Source of the DNA: Paecilomyces variotii
Taxonomy: Eukaryota
Assembly: GCA_004022145.1 (NCBI GenBank)
Contig: RCNU01000032.1
DNA: 47,464 nt
Strand: one strand, 5' to 3'
The notes beneath the pieces are model-generated. The model did no database searches and was not told the origin of the DNA. It saw only the letters and a program-made list of their open reading frames with translations. Every line of letters starts with the position of its first letter. Positions within the stretch are counted from its first letter, which is position 1. This document shows positions 14,565 through 27,011 of the stretch, one piece after another. Position numbers and translations under genes: made by a program.

Positions 14565-17500
14565 TATTAAGAGGTTTTAATAAGCTTAAGTTAAGATTAA
14601 ATTTATATAATTAGCTACTATTCTTTACATTAGAGATAATTTAATTATATTTAAGCGTTTAATATACTTATAGATAGTAAGCTCTTAAGCTAAAGAGAAT
14701 AGTTAATTAGTTAAAAATCTATTAGATTATAAAACGCGACTATAATAGCGAGATAGAAGATATAGATAAGGCATATTAAACTAATGCGTAGCTTACGCGA
14801 TATTAAGTTTTAACTAGTTAAATAATATAGCAAGAGTATATTATATCCTATTTTTAATATTACTATAAGATTTAAATATAGTAGATTAAGAATAATATAA
14901 GAAGTTAAAATTTAATAAATTTAAATAATTTTATATTAAGCTAGGTATTTATATTAAGATAGCGGGACTATACTACGCGTAATCTTAGTTTTAAGGCTAA
15001 TTACTTTTAAGAGCTATATTATTAATTAGTTTTATTAGATTAAAATCCTTAATAACTTTAAGAAAACTTATTATTAAATTATATATACTCTTTAAATAAT
15101 AAAAGTAATTATTAAACTACTTTAATTAAGACCTTAAATATAAGATACTCTTAGACCTTATTATTTAGTCTAATTATAACTTAATTACTATTAAGACTAG
15201 AAGATTCTCTACTATTAATTATAAGATATTAATAAAAGAAAGAAAATGTATTTTTTTTATAAAGTAAAAAGGTATTTTATTATAAATTATCTCTTAAAAA
15301 AAGCTATAATAGAGATAAAGAATATAGAGATTAAAAAGAAGAATAATAATTAAGACTTAGAAAAAGCTAATCTCTAGGTTAAATCTTTAATTTAAGGGAT
15401 AAAGTAGAACTAATAAAAATTAATCTAAGTTATCTTTAAAAAAGTACTTATTTTATAAAAATTAGCTTAATCTGCAAGAATAAATATAGTATTAAGTTAT
15501 TTACCCTGCTAGATTTTAGAGTAAATAGGCTTTATTTTATTAATAGCTCTTTAATCTTATTAATTACTTAATTCTTAAATACTTCCTTAAAATCTTTATA
15601 TTAACCTATATTAATTAATAGATTTATATAATAATAGTATAAAAATAAATTATTTATATACTTATTACTAACCTAGGTTATTATATAATATAATTCTTAA
15701 ATAGAAATAAATAGCTAAAGCTTTTAAATATTAAGAATTAATAATTAATCTAGCCCTATAGTAATCTATAAATATATTATTTTTAATAAGAGCTAATTAC
15801 TATAAAAGAGAATATAACTAGACTACTTATAGACTTAAAATACTAATATAATATTAATAGAAGAGATTAATAAATAAAAAAAATATATTAAGATTTTAAA
15901 ATAAAATAGCTTTCTCTGCTATTAGCTATTTAAAATAAAATATATTAATATATAGTTAGCTATATTTAAGATATAATATAAGTTAAAGGATTAATTTAAT
16001 TTAATCTTCTTATTTCTATAACTCTAAGAAAATATTCTCTAAATATAAATATACTAAAGACTTTAGATATTATATATATAGGGGCTAAGTATTTCTAAAA
16101 GGGATTATAGAAGAAAGATATAAAGGTTTTTACTATTAGCCTATATAAGATTAATTAAATTATTAAATAAAAATTCTTAATTATCTAGAAAGAGTATAAA
16201 CTCTTAATTTTAATCTATAAATACCTTTTTTCTATTTATTAAGATTTTATAAATATCTTTTTAAAGTAAGTATAAATAACTTATCTCTTTATTATTATTA
16301 TAATTATAAGATAAAGCTTAAAGAAAAGATTTTATTAAGATATTAATCTTTTTATAAATAATTATTAGAAGAATTATAAATACTTAAAATATACTTAGTT
16401 AATAACTTAACGAAAGATTTTATCTCGCTTAGTTAAGAGTCTTTTATTTTACCTATTTTATTTATAGAAAAGGTAAATAAAGGACTATACTTCTATATTA
16501 ATTACTAATATTTAAATATAATTATTAAAACAAATTATTATTTATTACTATTAATTAATAAGACTTTATAAGACTTTATAGAACTAAATATTTAATAAGC
16601 CTTTTTTATTAGATATAAATAGATTTTAATTAAAAAGTTTTAATAACCTTCTATATATAATATAAGACTTATAAATAAGCTAGCTATATTCTAATAATAT
16701 ATAAATAATCTCTTTTTTAACCTCTTAGATAACTATATAAAAATTTATCTTAATAATATCTTAATCTATTCTAATAATAATAAAGGAAGTAATATCTTAT
16801 TTTTAAAAGGCCGAGTTATAAGCTAATATTAAGAAATATAAATTCTATATTATATAGATAAAGTATCTCAGTTTTATTATTAATATAAATAGTATTAAAG
16901 TTAATTCTAAGAAGATTACTATTATATAGGATTAAAAACAGCTTAAGATAATCTGTAAAGTTTACTTATTCTTAAGATTTTATAACTTCTACTAGAGGTT
17001 TATTAAGGACTATAATTATATTACGCGACTAATAATTAATTTAATAAAAGAAAATTATTTAATTTTAATTAGAAGTACTAGGAGATATATTAAAATTTAA
17101 AAAAATATCTTTAGTTAGCATTAATTATCTATAACCTAGATAAAGAAATACATATAGAAATAAATACTTTAAATAATATTACTACTAAATATTAGCTTAA
17201 TAAGAATATAATTAAGATTTATAGTATTTAATAGCTTATTATTTTTAAATAATAATCTTAATAAAATATAACTATTTAATCTATAATAAGGAACTTCTTA
17301 TAATTATTTAAGCCCTTAAGGAGTAATATATAAAGCTTATAGAATTATAGATAAATTAGCTATTTAATATCTTAATAGATTATTATACTCTTAAGTTCTT
17401 TATAATTACTAAGGTATTAAACTCTTAATAGGCTAAATAAGTAAAATTTCTATTATATTATTACTTTCTAATTAGATATTAGTTAAAGAAATTAAATACT

Positions 17501-17992
17501 TTTACTAATATCTTATATTAATAAGAGAAAGATAATATCTTATAATAGAAAGAAATAATAAGTAAATACTAGACCTAATATTTACTAAGACTTAAATTTT
17601 TTATTAAATAGATTTAAAAAGAGCTAGTAGATTAAAAAACTCTTCTAGCCTTAATATCTGCTAGAGAGTTTATTTTAATAGATAAGATCCTTAGGGAGAA
17701 TTATAAAAATACTAAATTAGTATCTTTTTATTAAGAAGTAAATTAAGAAAGCTTCTTCTATTAATTAATAAATAGTCTCTTACTACGGAGTAGCGTGTCA
17801 AAACTTCTCATAGATCGCTACTACTAGCGTTATATTCCGATTACAACTCCTAGTTCGTTTTATCTATAACTATACCGCTGATAGTTGCTTTTAACCGCTA
17901 TTTTTACTATTTCATTAAATATAAAGCTATTTAGATTAATATTCTATATCCTAAACCTTTCTAATTACTCCGGAGTCTATACGAACACTACT

Positions 17993-18085
17993 GCCAGCGA
18001 CTGTGCCAGCAACTATGCCAGCGACTATGCCAGCGACTATGCCAGCGACTATACCAGCGACCGTGCTAGCGACCGTGCCAGCAAC
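17993..18085 (+). repeat. 12-bp tandem repeat (gccagcgactat), ~7.5 units, upstream of the transposase start
   Basis: Directly visible. Confidence 0.95.
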
Positions 18086-18096
18086 ACTATATTAAA

Positions 18097-19595
18097 ATAC
18101 CTGTTTATCAAATTGCCGCTCGAGTACAAGCTCTTACTCTACTTCTAATAGGTATTAAGCCTAAAGATATTCGCAAGTATATAGGAGTCCTTCCTTCTAT
18201 ATAATATAGGAGTCCTTCCTTCTACATAGAAAGATATTTAAAAGTAAGCCTTTTAATATAGTTACTGGCTATAGGAGAATCCTCTTATTAAGGATAAATA
18301 TATAATTAATGCCCTCTGTTCTAGACAACCTAGAGTTATTATAGAGGAGATTAAAAAAGCTATTATAAATTCTATTTAAAAGGATTAAATTAAGTATAAG
18401 AAATCTGCTAAAGTTCTTATATATAAAGCTGGTATTTCTTATATATCTGCCTATTAGATTTTTCGCAAGCATAGATTTTTAAGATATAAACCTATATAAA
18501 AACCTAGTCTTATTAATAAAGCAAAGCGCTATAGATTAGAATTTATATATAATTATAAATATTAGATACTTAAAGATTAGAAAAATATTATATAGAATAA
18601 TAAAATGTTTATTATCCTTAATTACTATTATAAGTAAATTAGAGTCTAGTATAAGATAAATAAAGCCTATAATCTAACTTATATATAACAGCGCTTTTCT
18701 AGGGCTTTTAATTTTATATTCTAAGGGTATTTTTTATAGAATAAAAAAGGTCTTTATTATATTTAGAAGCTAAAGACTGCCTAAAAAAAAGAATATTAAA
18801 AAGGAACTAGAGATTTTAAACTATAAATGCAAAGCTCTTTATTATTAGAAATAGGAGCTTTTTAACTCTATAAGCTATATAAGCCTTTGTAATTTAAAAG
18901 GAAAGAAGCTAGTCTAGAGATTTATTATAAAGACTGATAAGCTTATATATAAAAAAAAAGATAAAGTTAACTAATATTACTATTAAAAGGTAAGTAAGAT
19001 ATCCCTTTAATTAAATAATATTAACCTAGCTTTAATAAATCCTAATTATAAAGCTTATCCCCTTTATAAAAAAATACTAGAGAGACTAACCAAATACAAT
19101 TATTCAGGAAGATAATATTTTTTTATATACCTACTAAGCTCAGCAAGAGGTATATAATTATTATAAAATTATCTGAATGCTTTAGCCGTTAAATTCGCCG
19201 GATTTAAATATAATTGAGCCCTGTTAGTATTAGATAAAGAAACAGACTATTATATAAGGAGCTCTAAGCTTTAAAAAGATAAGTAAAGGTCTTTAGCTTT
19301 AAGCGTAGAAGGATCTCCTATAGAGTAAGATCTAGGAATAGATAAGTTATATCCCAGACTATATTAAAGCTGTTATTGCCTGCAATAGCGGAAATAAATA
19401 TAAAAAGAGTAATAAGAATATAAAATGAAGCTATAAAGGGTATAGAAATAAGGGTAAGCTTAGCAGATATAAGGATATTAGCGATAGTAGTATAGCCGGC
19501 TCTGGCTCAGCTGGCTCAGCTGGCTCAGCTGGCTCAACTGCTGAGCTAGAGGAATATAAGGATATCGAGGATATTACGGATAACGAATAGGAATA
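18097..19595 (+). pseudogene. Tc1-type DD34E transposase pseudogene
   Basis: ATA (likely RIPed ATG) then PVYQIAARVQALTL. WKN.IW.DE ~18578-18605; QEDN with D at 19111; SPDLN.IE with E at ~19216, 34 codons between D and E. Many TAA/TAG stops and a 25-bp duplication. End coordinate approximate. Confidence 0.88.
19497..19542 (+). repeat. 9-bp tandem repeat (ggctcagct), ~4-5 units
   Basis: Directly visible near the 3' end of the transposase. Confidence 0.9.
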
Positions 19596-20581
19596 GCTTC
19601 AATTAGCCTCTAAAAGGAAATAATTAGCAGCTAGAGTATTAGGGTATTACAGCTAAATTTACTAGTGCTCACGAGGATTTTTAATACGCTACTCCGTATA
19701 TAGCTAGAAATTAATTATCTTAAAACTAGGGCGACTTATAAATATAACTTTTAAATAAAGTCTACTATTAGATCTTTATTATATATTTAAGATACTAGAA
19801 GATATAATAGCTAATAAAGTCCCGCTATTACTAGCTTTAAATAATAAAGTTTATTAATTAGTATATTAATAATTATCTAATATATTATAGGATAGAGAAC
19901 CTCTAGATTTTCCTTTAAGGCTACTTTAACTATTATTAATTCTTAAATAATTATAGCAATATATCTTAATAGATTTTTAATATTTTTAAAGAATAAATAT
20001 AGCTATAATACTATTTTTACTATAGTTAATTATTTTAATAAATATTCTATCTCTATTTTATATTATAGTATAATAATAGCTTAAATAGTAGCTAAAATCT
20101 TCTTAGAATATATATATTAATATAAAGGCGCCTTAAATACTATAATCTTAAATAGAGATCCTTAGTTTATTTTAAACTTTTAAGATAGATTTTATTTATT
20201 ATTAGAAGTTAAATTAAAGCTATCTTTAACTATATATTCTTAGACTAATAAGTAAACTAAAGTTCTGAACTAATATATAGCCTAAAGACTTCGACCTTAT
20301 ATTAATTATTACTAAGATAACTAGTTTATATATCTTTTAATAATAGATTTTACTACTAACTTAAGAATTAATAGGTATATTATTATTTATAGTAGAATAT
20401 AGTAGAATATAAGTATAAGCTATAGACCTCTTTTAAATAATATTTAATATTATTATTTACCCTAGTATTTAAAAGGGCTAATTAGACTAATACTTAATAA
20501 TAGATATATTAGCTCTAGTAGATTTAGTAAAAGACTAAAGCCTTTATTAGAAAGGCTTAAGAATAGTAAAAGAAATAAGTA

Positions 20582-21010
20582 CAGAGAAGTATATTAGAAA
20601 TAACTGCTAATACTAGTAATTATGCTAATATATAAATTATACCTCTATCCCCAAGGAGATACTAGACTATTAGGCCTCGCCCTCTTTAAATAAAGATCTT
20701 AGTTCTGTTATTAGATAAATATATAACTTATTGCTCTAGAATATCTTTATACTTATAATTATCTTAATATAATGTTATTAAGCTAAAAAAGAAAAAGAAA
20801 TATAGGAAGAATATAGGTAAATTAAGGGGGCTATTTTAGTATATAAAAGCTTTTATAAATCTAGTCCTTTAACTATTCTTAAAGTAGTTTAAATAGATAA
20901 GATAATTTCCTAGAATATCTCTAGAATTAAAATATATAATTAGTAATATAATAGTATTAATTAATTCTATTATTACTAGCGTTAGCAGTTATTTTTAATA
21001 TACTTCTCTA
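20582..21010. mobile_element. MITE (429 bp) with 39-bp TIR cagagaagtatattagaaataactgctaa..., TA TSD
   Basis: TIR pair visible; TA at 20580-20581 and 21011-21012. Excision restores the integrase frame KQ(A/V)NKHRREVDF. Confidence 0.92.
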
Positions 21011-21599
21011 TAAATAAATATTATTAAGAGGTTAATTTTAATATTAGTAATAAGGTCTTTATAAAGTCTATAAACTAAATATTTAACTAACCTTTATAGA
21101 AGCTTACGAATTAAATAGAAGGCCCTCTTAAAATTATTAAAAAGGTTAAAGAAAGCTAGAAATTAAAGCTATTTAATATTATAAAGGTCCGCCTAGTATT
21201 TTCTTTAAATTACCTCTAATCTAAGTAAATAATATAAAACTTTAGCGTTAAGCCTCTTAGGCTAATTAAATCCCCTTAGGTCTCTTAGGCTAATTAGATT
21301 CTCTTAAATATAGAAAATACTAGTATAAAGCGACTAGAAGTACAGAAATACTTAAAACTTGCTTAGATTTAGGTTTTCTTATTAGCTTAAAGTTAATATA
21401 GATATAGTATATATAATACTATTTTAGTAAGATATAAAGGTGCGAGGTGCAAAAGCCTCAGGCAATAACTTAGCTATATAATTACTTCCTTATATAATTA
21501 GCTAATAGAAGATAACTTCTTTATCCCCTAAACCCTATTAAATTAGTAGTATATTAAGATTATTTAAAGCCTAACTATTATTAAGAATATCTTAAAAAC

Positions 21600-22740
21600 T
21601 ATTATAGTAAGCTGTTATACTATTTAATTATTATTATCTTAAGCTAGCTCTTAATACTAGTAAGTTAAATATTTATAATCTCTTCCCTATTATATATAAA
21701 GTCTTTTATTATTATTAAAGTCTTTAGTTATTATTATTCTTTATATTACTTTTTATTAAAATTTATCTTAATATTATTAAACTCTATCTCTATTAGTCTT
21801 AATTTAGCGTCTCTTATTAATTTATTTATATTAAGCTATCTTTTCTTATATTCTATACCTAGAGATATTATAGGCTATTTAAGTCTATTTAAATATTATA
21901 TCTGAAGCCCTATTTCCTTTATTAGAATCTTATATTATATTATTAATTTTATTATTTTTATCTCTAATATTATTATTCTTAGCTTTAATTTACCCCTTAT
22001 TAAGTATCTTACTTAGAGAAGCTAAGATTAAGCCTTTATAATAAGTTAGCCTTTAGAGGAGACTTAACTAGATTAGAGCTAATATCTCCCTATACTATCT
22101 AGAAGAATATTAAAGCTTATATATAGTCTAGCAGTATTTTAAATAGTTAAACTATAAGACTATTAATCTTATTAATTTTATTTTATCTTAGTACTTAGAA
22201 TATAACTCCTTAAAATATAATTTATTAGCTTATATTAGTGTATTTTAAATTAAGCTATAGTTATTATTATCTTCTTAAATAAGATAATTTATATTTCTTA
22301 TATTATAGGTAATAGATTAGTCTATTTTTTATAATACTATTAAAGACTTTCTTAAGTTTATATTAATATTAATAGTATTTTACTTTCTAGAAGTAGTAGA
22401 TTACTATAGTAGATTTAACTAATTTTATATTAGAACTTATATAGCTACTAAATAAACTGTATTTTATATATTCTTATAATATCTCTATAGCTCTATTATA
22501 AGATAAATATTAATAAAAGCAATAAAAGCAATTTAGATTATAGATTCTAATTGCTATACTTTTACTTAGCCTTATTTAATCTAATTATTAGAAATCTTTA
22601 GAATTCTATCTTCTAGAGCTAAGAAACTAAGTATTAAAGGGTCTTATTATTAAACCTATTATATTATTTCCTAGATTTATTACTATATTACTTAAGTAAA
22701 GCCTTAATATAATTAGCAGTAAATACTAATAACCTAACTA
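21600..22740 (-). mobile_element. Possible 5'/gag fragment of another Copia-like element
   Basis: ggttattag PBS-like motif on the minus strand at ~22727-22735, followed by coding-like RIPed sequence. No diagnostic domain recognised. Confidence 0.3.
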
Positions 22741-22849
22741 TACCCCTAAGTATACTATCGGCTACTAACTCTAATACTATATTAATAAAGATATTCTAGC
22801 AGATAATAGAGTTTAATTAGTAAATAATAAAAGATATAAAGGCTATATT

Positions 22850-24280
22850 AGATTAAAATCGCTAAATAATAGAATATCTTATAAAATATTATAGCTTAAA
22901 ATAATAATTAACCTAGTTATTAATTATAATAATACTAATAATAGTAATTAGCTTAAAATTAATAATAGTAACTAGCTTAAAACTAAATTCTTAACTATAA
23001 TCTCTTAGCGAACCTAAATGCTAGATTTACCTCGGGAATATTAATAAATACTATAATTAATAATATACTATAGAAGTAAATAGAGCTAGAATATTTTTAT
23101 CTTAATTTAAGCGATAAAGTTTATATTAAGATAAGTCTTATTATAATAATAGGAAGTTATACTTACTAGAAGAATATCTATATTTTTATTAATTAGATAT
23201 ATAATTTAGCTATAATAAAAAGAGAACTTATTATATAAAGCTATATTTAAATATTACTATATAGCTTAGTCCTTTAATAATATATAGCTAAATTACCTAA
23301 CTATAACTATAAAATACTATATATATATTCTATTAAAGAAGGTTAAATCTTATAGCTAATAAAATATTTTAAGATTAATACTGCAGCGGCTATAAAATAG
23401 CTTTTTTATATAAGATATTATAGCTAGCTAGACTCTTTAAGGGTTTATTTATTAACTATTATATTTATTAAATGCTATAAGAATAAGAAAAACATATAGT
23501 TAACTATTAGCTATATAGAATAGTCTCTCTATTATTTAAGCGTAATATATAAGCACTATAAGAGAATATTATAGTGTTTAAATCTACTAAAATAATTAAA
23601 AAAGCCTATATAGTATAGTAAGAGTAAGTAGAGGAAAATTAATATAAATATTAGTAATATAACTATAATAATACTAGTCTTTTCTCATTATTCTCCCTTC
23701 TAATTAAATTCTCTCTTATTAAGTTCTCTAAGGCAAAATTAAGGTAATACTAATAATACTAATTAAACTAATTAAACTAAGAATAAAGCCCTATAATAAT
23801 CTATATAGAATAGAAACTATTAAGGCTATAATTATTTTAACTATTTAAATATACTATTTTATTAAACTAGTCTAATACTTAGATATAGTAATATTAGAGC
23901 TAAAATCTAAAGCTAACCTCTAGTATAATTATACTAGTTCTTATAGTATAATAACTAGTAATATTATACTTTAAATAGAAACTACTTATATAGTAATATA
24001 GAAATAATTATTAAGATTTTCCTTTTTTAATATAGCCTTAAGCTACAGCTTATATAGATATTAAAATAGAGTAATCTATAAATACTGCAAATAAGAATTA
24101 TAATTAGCGAGGAAGCTATTATAAATATATTTAGGTTAAAAATATATAATATAGTATCTTTTAATTAAACCCTAGATCTTATTAATTTTTTAAGGATTAT
24201 AATAATTACTACTACTAAGATAAATATTAAATAATAACTTTAAGTATATAGACTATAATAAAGATAATTATAATACTTAT
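22850..24280 (+). mobile_element. Ty3/Gypsy gag relic
   Basis: De-RIPed reading ELGYFYPDL...YWKNVHVFVDRIRDL...LRGSALQWYTAEL at ~23080-23297, typical of fungal Gypsy gag. Confidence 0.7.
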
Positions 24281-24282
24281 AC

Positions 24283-24525
24283 TATTACGCTCGAGCAGAC
24301 TAAATTAGATTTATTAAAGCTTTAATCTAGTAAGGTAGTATAATAGAGAACTTTAAGCTAAAGAGAAAAAAGGAAAAGAATTTAGGGAAAGAATCCTGAT
24401 TCTTTTATCTATAAGATTCTTAATTTTCTAACTACTTCTTAATACTACAGGCGATTAAGAGTTCTGCTAAGTTAGAAGAGTTTAGCCCCTTAGTACTAGC
24501 TCGGCGCTAGTTTAGCGCTGTAATA
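24283..24525. repeat. Solo LTR-like element
   Basis: Ends tattac...gtaata (RIPed TGTTAC...GTAACA); higher GC. No exact TSD. Confidence 0.55.
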
Positions 24526-24771
24526 CTAACTATACTATAATATAGTTTACTCTTATATTTAAATATTAGCTATATTAGATAATCTTTTAATTAAATAATA
24601 AGCTCTATAATTATTTATATAATACTAATTATTATTAAAAATTAACTCTATATTTCTTTATTATTAAAGTCTCTAATATTATATTATTTAATATTATATT
24701 ATCTATTATTATATATATCGCTATAGTAATATTATAACTTATTATTATATTACTAAGTCTCTAATTAAATA

Positions 24772-24960
24772 ATATAATTCTATACTAACTAGATTACCCG
24801 CCTAAGCGGATTAATATTATATAATATATAAAATAGCCCTTTTTTAAATAAAGATATCTTAATAACTAAGTATCTTAAAGTTATTAGATTAGAATAAAAG
24901 TATATAAAATATCTATTATTATTAAAATTATATATATTAAATTTTATTTACTTAGAATCT
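24772..24960. mobile_element. Half MITE related to the 14137/42478 family
   Basis: TA then atataattc...ttacccgcc...atataaaatagc, resembling 42478-42640; cut off at the pogo TIR. Confidence 0.65.
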
Positions 24961-24963
24961 TAG

Positions 24964-26812
24964 ACCGTTAGCTCAGACAGCTTACCGGCTTAGTTAACTA
25001 CTTCGCTAGTTTAAGTACCCCCTTTAGTAGGATTTAAAGCCAATATTAAATATAGTTAAATAAATTAATTAAATAGTAAATATAGTAATATCCTTAGATA
25101 ATTTTTTATATATAGCTCTAGTAAATTAGGCTATATTATAGCAATATTTCTTAGCTTCCTTCTTAATAGCAATACCCTGCTATTGCTTTACTAATTCTTT
25201 AGCTTATTTCTGCTCTGCTATATAAAGCTTTTCTACTGTTTTATTATTTAATACTATACCTTTAGTAAAATAACGCTAATTCTTCTTCTTTAGCTAATTC
25301 TTTTTAAGTAAAGAGATATTAATATATTATAATAAAGACCGATTAGTAATTATATACTAGGCGTTTTATTTTAACTTATTTAACTCTTACTTAACTGCAG
25401 GTAACTGCAATAAAAATAGATATATTAAAATCTTATTAATTATATTATTAATTTACTATCCTATTTATAGAGTAATTAGAACTTAAAGTTATATATTATT
25501 AAAGCTTATAAATATAGCAATAGGTAAGGTAATTAAATAAGTAAGTTTATTAAGCATTATAAAAGGATTATATAGAATTAATCCTATAATATACTAATCT
25601 ATAGCTATATTAGACTCTATAAATACCCGCTTGTAAGTACTTTATATATAATTAAGGAATTACTCCTTTAATATAGTCTAAGCACTAAATAGTAAGTATT
25701 AATAGATAAATAAGTAATATACCCTAGAAAAGGGAGAGAATATTCTAATATTAAGAGGCTAAAGGAGATAGATAATATAAGATAAAAAATATAAAGTAAT
25801 AATCTTATACTGCTAATAGTATTCCGCAAAAAATAATTATATATAACTTTTATACCTATCTACTATAAATATATACTATCTTTTATTTACAGGTTTAATA
25901 TAGTAATTAAAGACCTTATAAAGCTAGTAGAGACTAACTTTATTATTTATTTAATTATTTTTAGTAATTTAGAGATAGATCTAAGGATCTTAAATTTACT
26001 TAAACTATAAATATTATAATTGCTTACCTATAAAGATAATAAAAAATAGTAGAGTAAAACTAGATATTAAAATATATTTAATATAAGACGCCTAATTATA
26101 GTTTCCTAAGTATATAACTATTAGACGGCAAGAATAATAGATAATAACCTTTTAGCTATTTATAGTATTTAAGCAAAATCTCTTCTTATCTATATTATAG
26201 ATGTCTAATTTAAAAATCTTATACTCTTCTTATATCTTTTTATAGAGCTTAAACTAGTATTTAATTATCTCTAGATTCTCTGTATTTTTCCTATCCTAAT
26301 TTAGAGTATAACTAAACTTTATCTTAAGCTCTAAATAATAAAGAAGAAATTGCTTATATTAATTAGTTCTTAATAAATAGTTTTTTATAGAGATAAGATA
26401 TTATATAGCGGCATTAAGTTAAGAGATTAATAAAGGCTATCTCTATTTATAAAGGAGATTAATTTATTTTAAAACTAATTTTTTTTAGCAAATAAAAGAA
26501 TTTGCTGTTTAGTATAAGCTGCTGCAAGCAAAATTTTACTATTATAGTGGTTTGTCAGGGTTAATTTAAGAATACTAAATTTATATGCTAATTTTTAAAA
26601 GAATAATCTAGATTTTTATATTTTTTTAAGGGCTCTTTAAATATAATTCTCTTATATAAAATTATTGCTTTAATTAGATACTATAGCTATTTATTAGGTA
26701 AAAAATAACGATATTAATAATTAACTAGAAAAGGGAGTAAATATACTAAGGTTAGGGTAGAGTAGTAATAGGGAGTAGCTAACCGAGCCGGCAGGCTATC
26801 CGAGCTAACTGA
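24964..26812 (-). mobile_element. pogo/Fot1-type DNA transposon (~1.85 kb)
   Basis: ~38-bp TIRs gttagctcagacagcttaccggcttagttaactactt / gagtagctaaccgagccggcaggctatccgagctaac. Minus-strand DIYNMDEKGFCL at ~26170-26206. Outermost bases imperfect. Confidence 0.88.
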
Positions 26813-27011
26813 TAGAGAACGACGATAAAACGATAGTTTTGGTGGCTTGACGCCAGAACTAGGATAAATTCAGGGGAGAAAGCTTGCCCCTATCTAGCTG
26901 AAGGAGGAGATTATATCTAGCTAAATATGCTTATGTAATAGGACCCTTATACCTCTGTGCCCCTCTCTAGCTGTGCCTCTCTCTAATAGCCGCACCGGTA
27001 GATCTATATTA
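26813..27011 (-). repeat. Truncated 3' LTR of the minus-strand Gypsy element
   Basis: Directly follows a PPT (minus aaaagggggg, ~27015-27025). GC-rich and weakly RIPed. No partner LTR in the window. Confidence 0.6.

Larger units (their letters stand above)
7772..14985 (-). mobile_element. pogo/Fot1-type DNA transposon, 3'-truncated copy interrupted by Copia-2 and a MITE
   Basis: Segments 7772-8600, 13907-14136 and 14567-14985 align to ~38520-39994. RIPed NMDETGF at ~13930-13960; DGHGSH and QPLD regions at ~8200-8310. TIR ends ...tacgcgtaatct followed by TA at 14986-14987. Confidence 0.88.
17786..19696 (+). mobile_element. Tc1/mariner superfamily DNA transposon (DD34E), full length, lightly RIPed
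   Basis: TIRs cggagtagcgtgtcaaaa / tttttaatacgctactccg; TA TSD at 17784-17785 and 19697-19698. Removing it restores the Gypsy frame (LLLY..RKL). Confidence 0.95.
14988..21230 (+). mobile_element. Ty3/Gypsy internal region relic (gag end, PR, RT, RH, INT), no LTRs seen
   Basis: RIPed CCHC knuckle ~15245-15292; LLDSGA protease ~15505; YLDDILIYS from 16746; ETDASD ~17157; integrase SDRDPQF ~20145; GPF module ~21120. Interrupted by Tc1 and a MITE. Confidence 0.9.

Noticed and set aside
17993..18085. CRISPR-like array
   Set aside because: Head-to-tail 12-bp units without spacers, in a eukaryotic TE context.
17885..18148. 87-aa ORF with ASDY repeats
   Set aside because: TTG start, open only because of the 12-bp tandem array, and overlaps the transposase start in another frame.
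18269..18472. 67-aa minus-strand ORF
   Set aside because: Antisense shadow of the RIPed Tc1 transposase; I/L/N/F-rich composition typical of AT noise.
20770..20900. Possible chromodomain of the 14988-21230 Gypsy
   Set aside because: Lies inside the TIR-bounded MITE 20582-21010.
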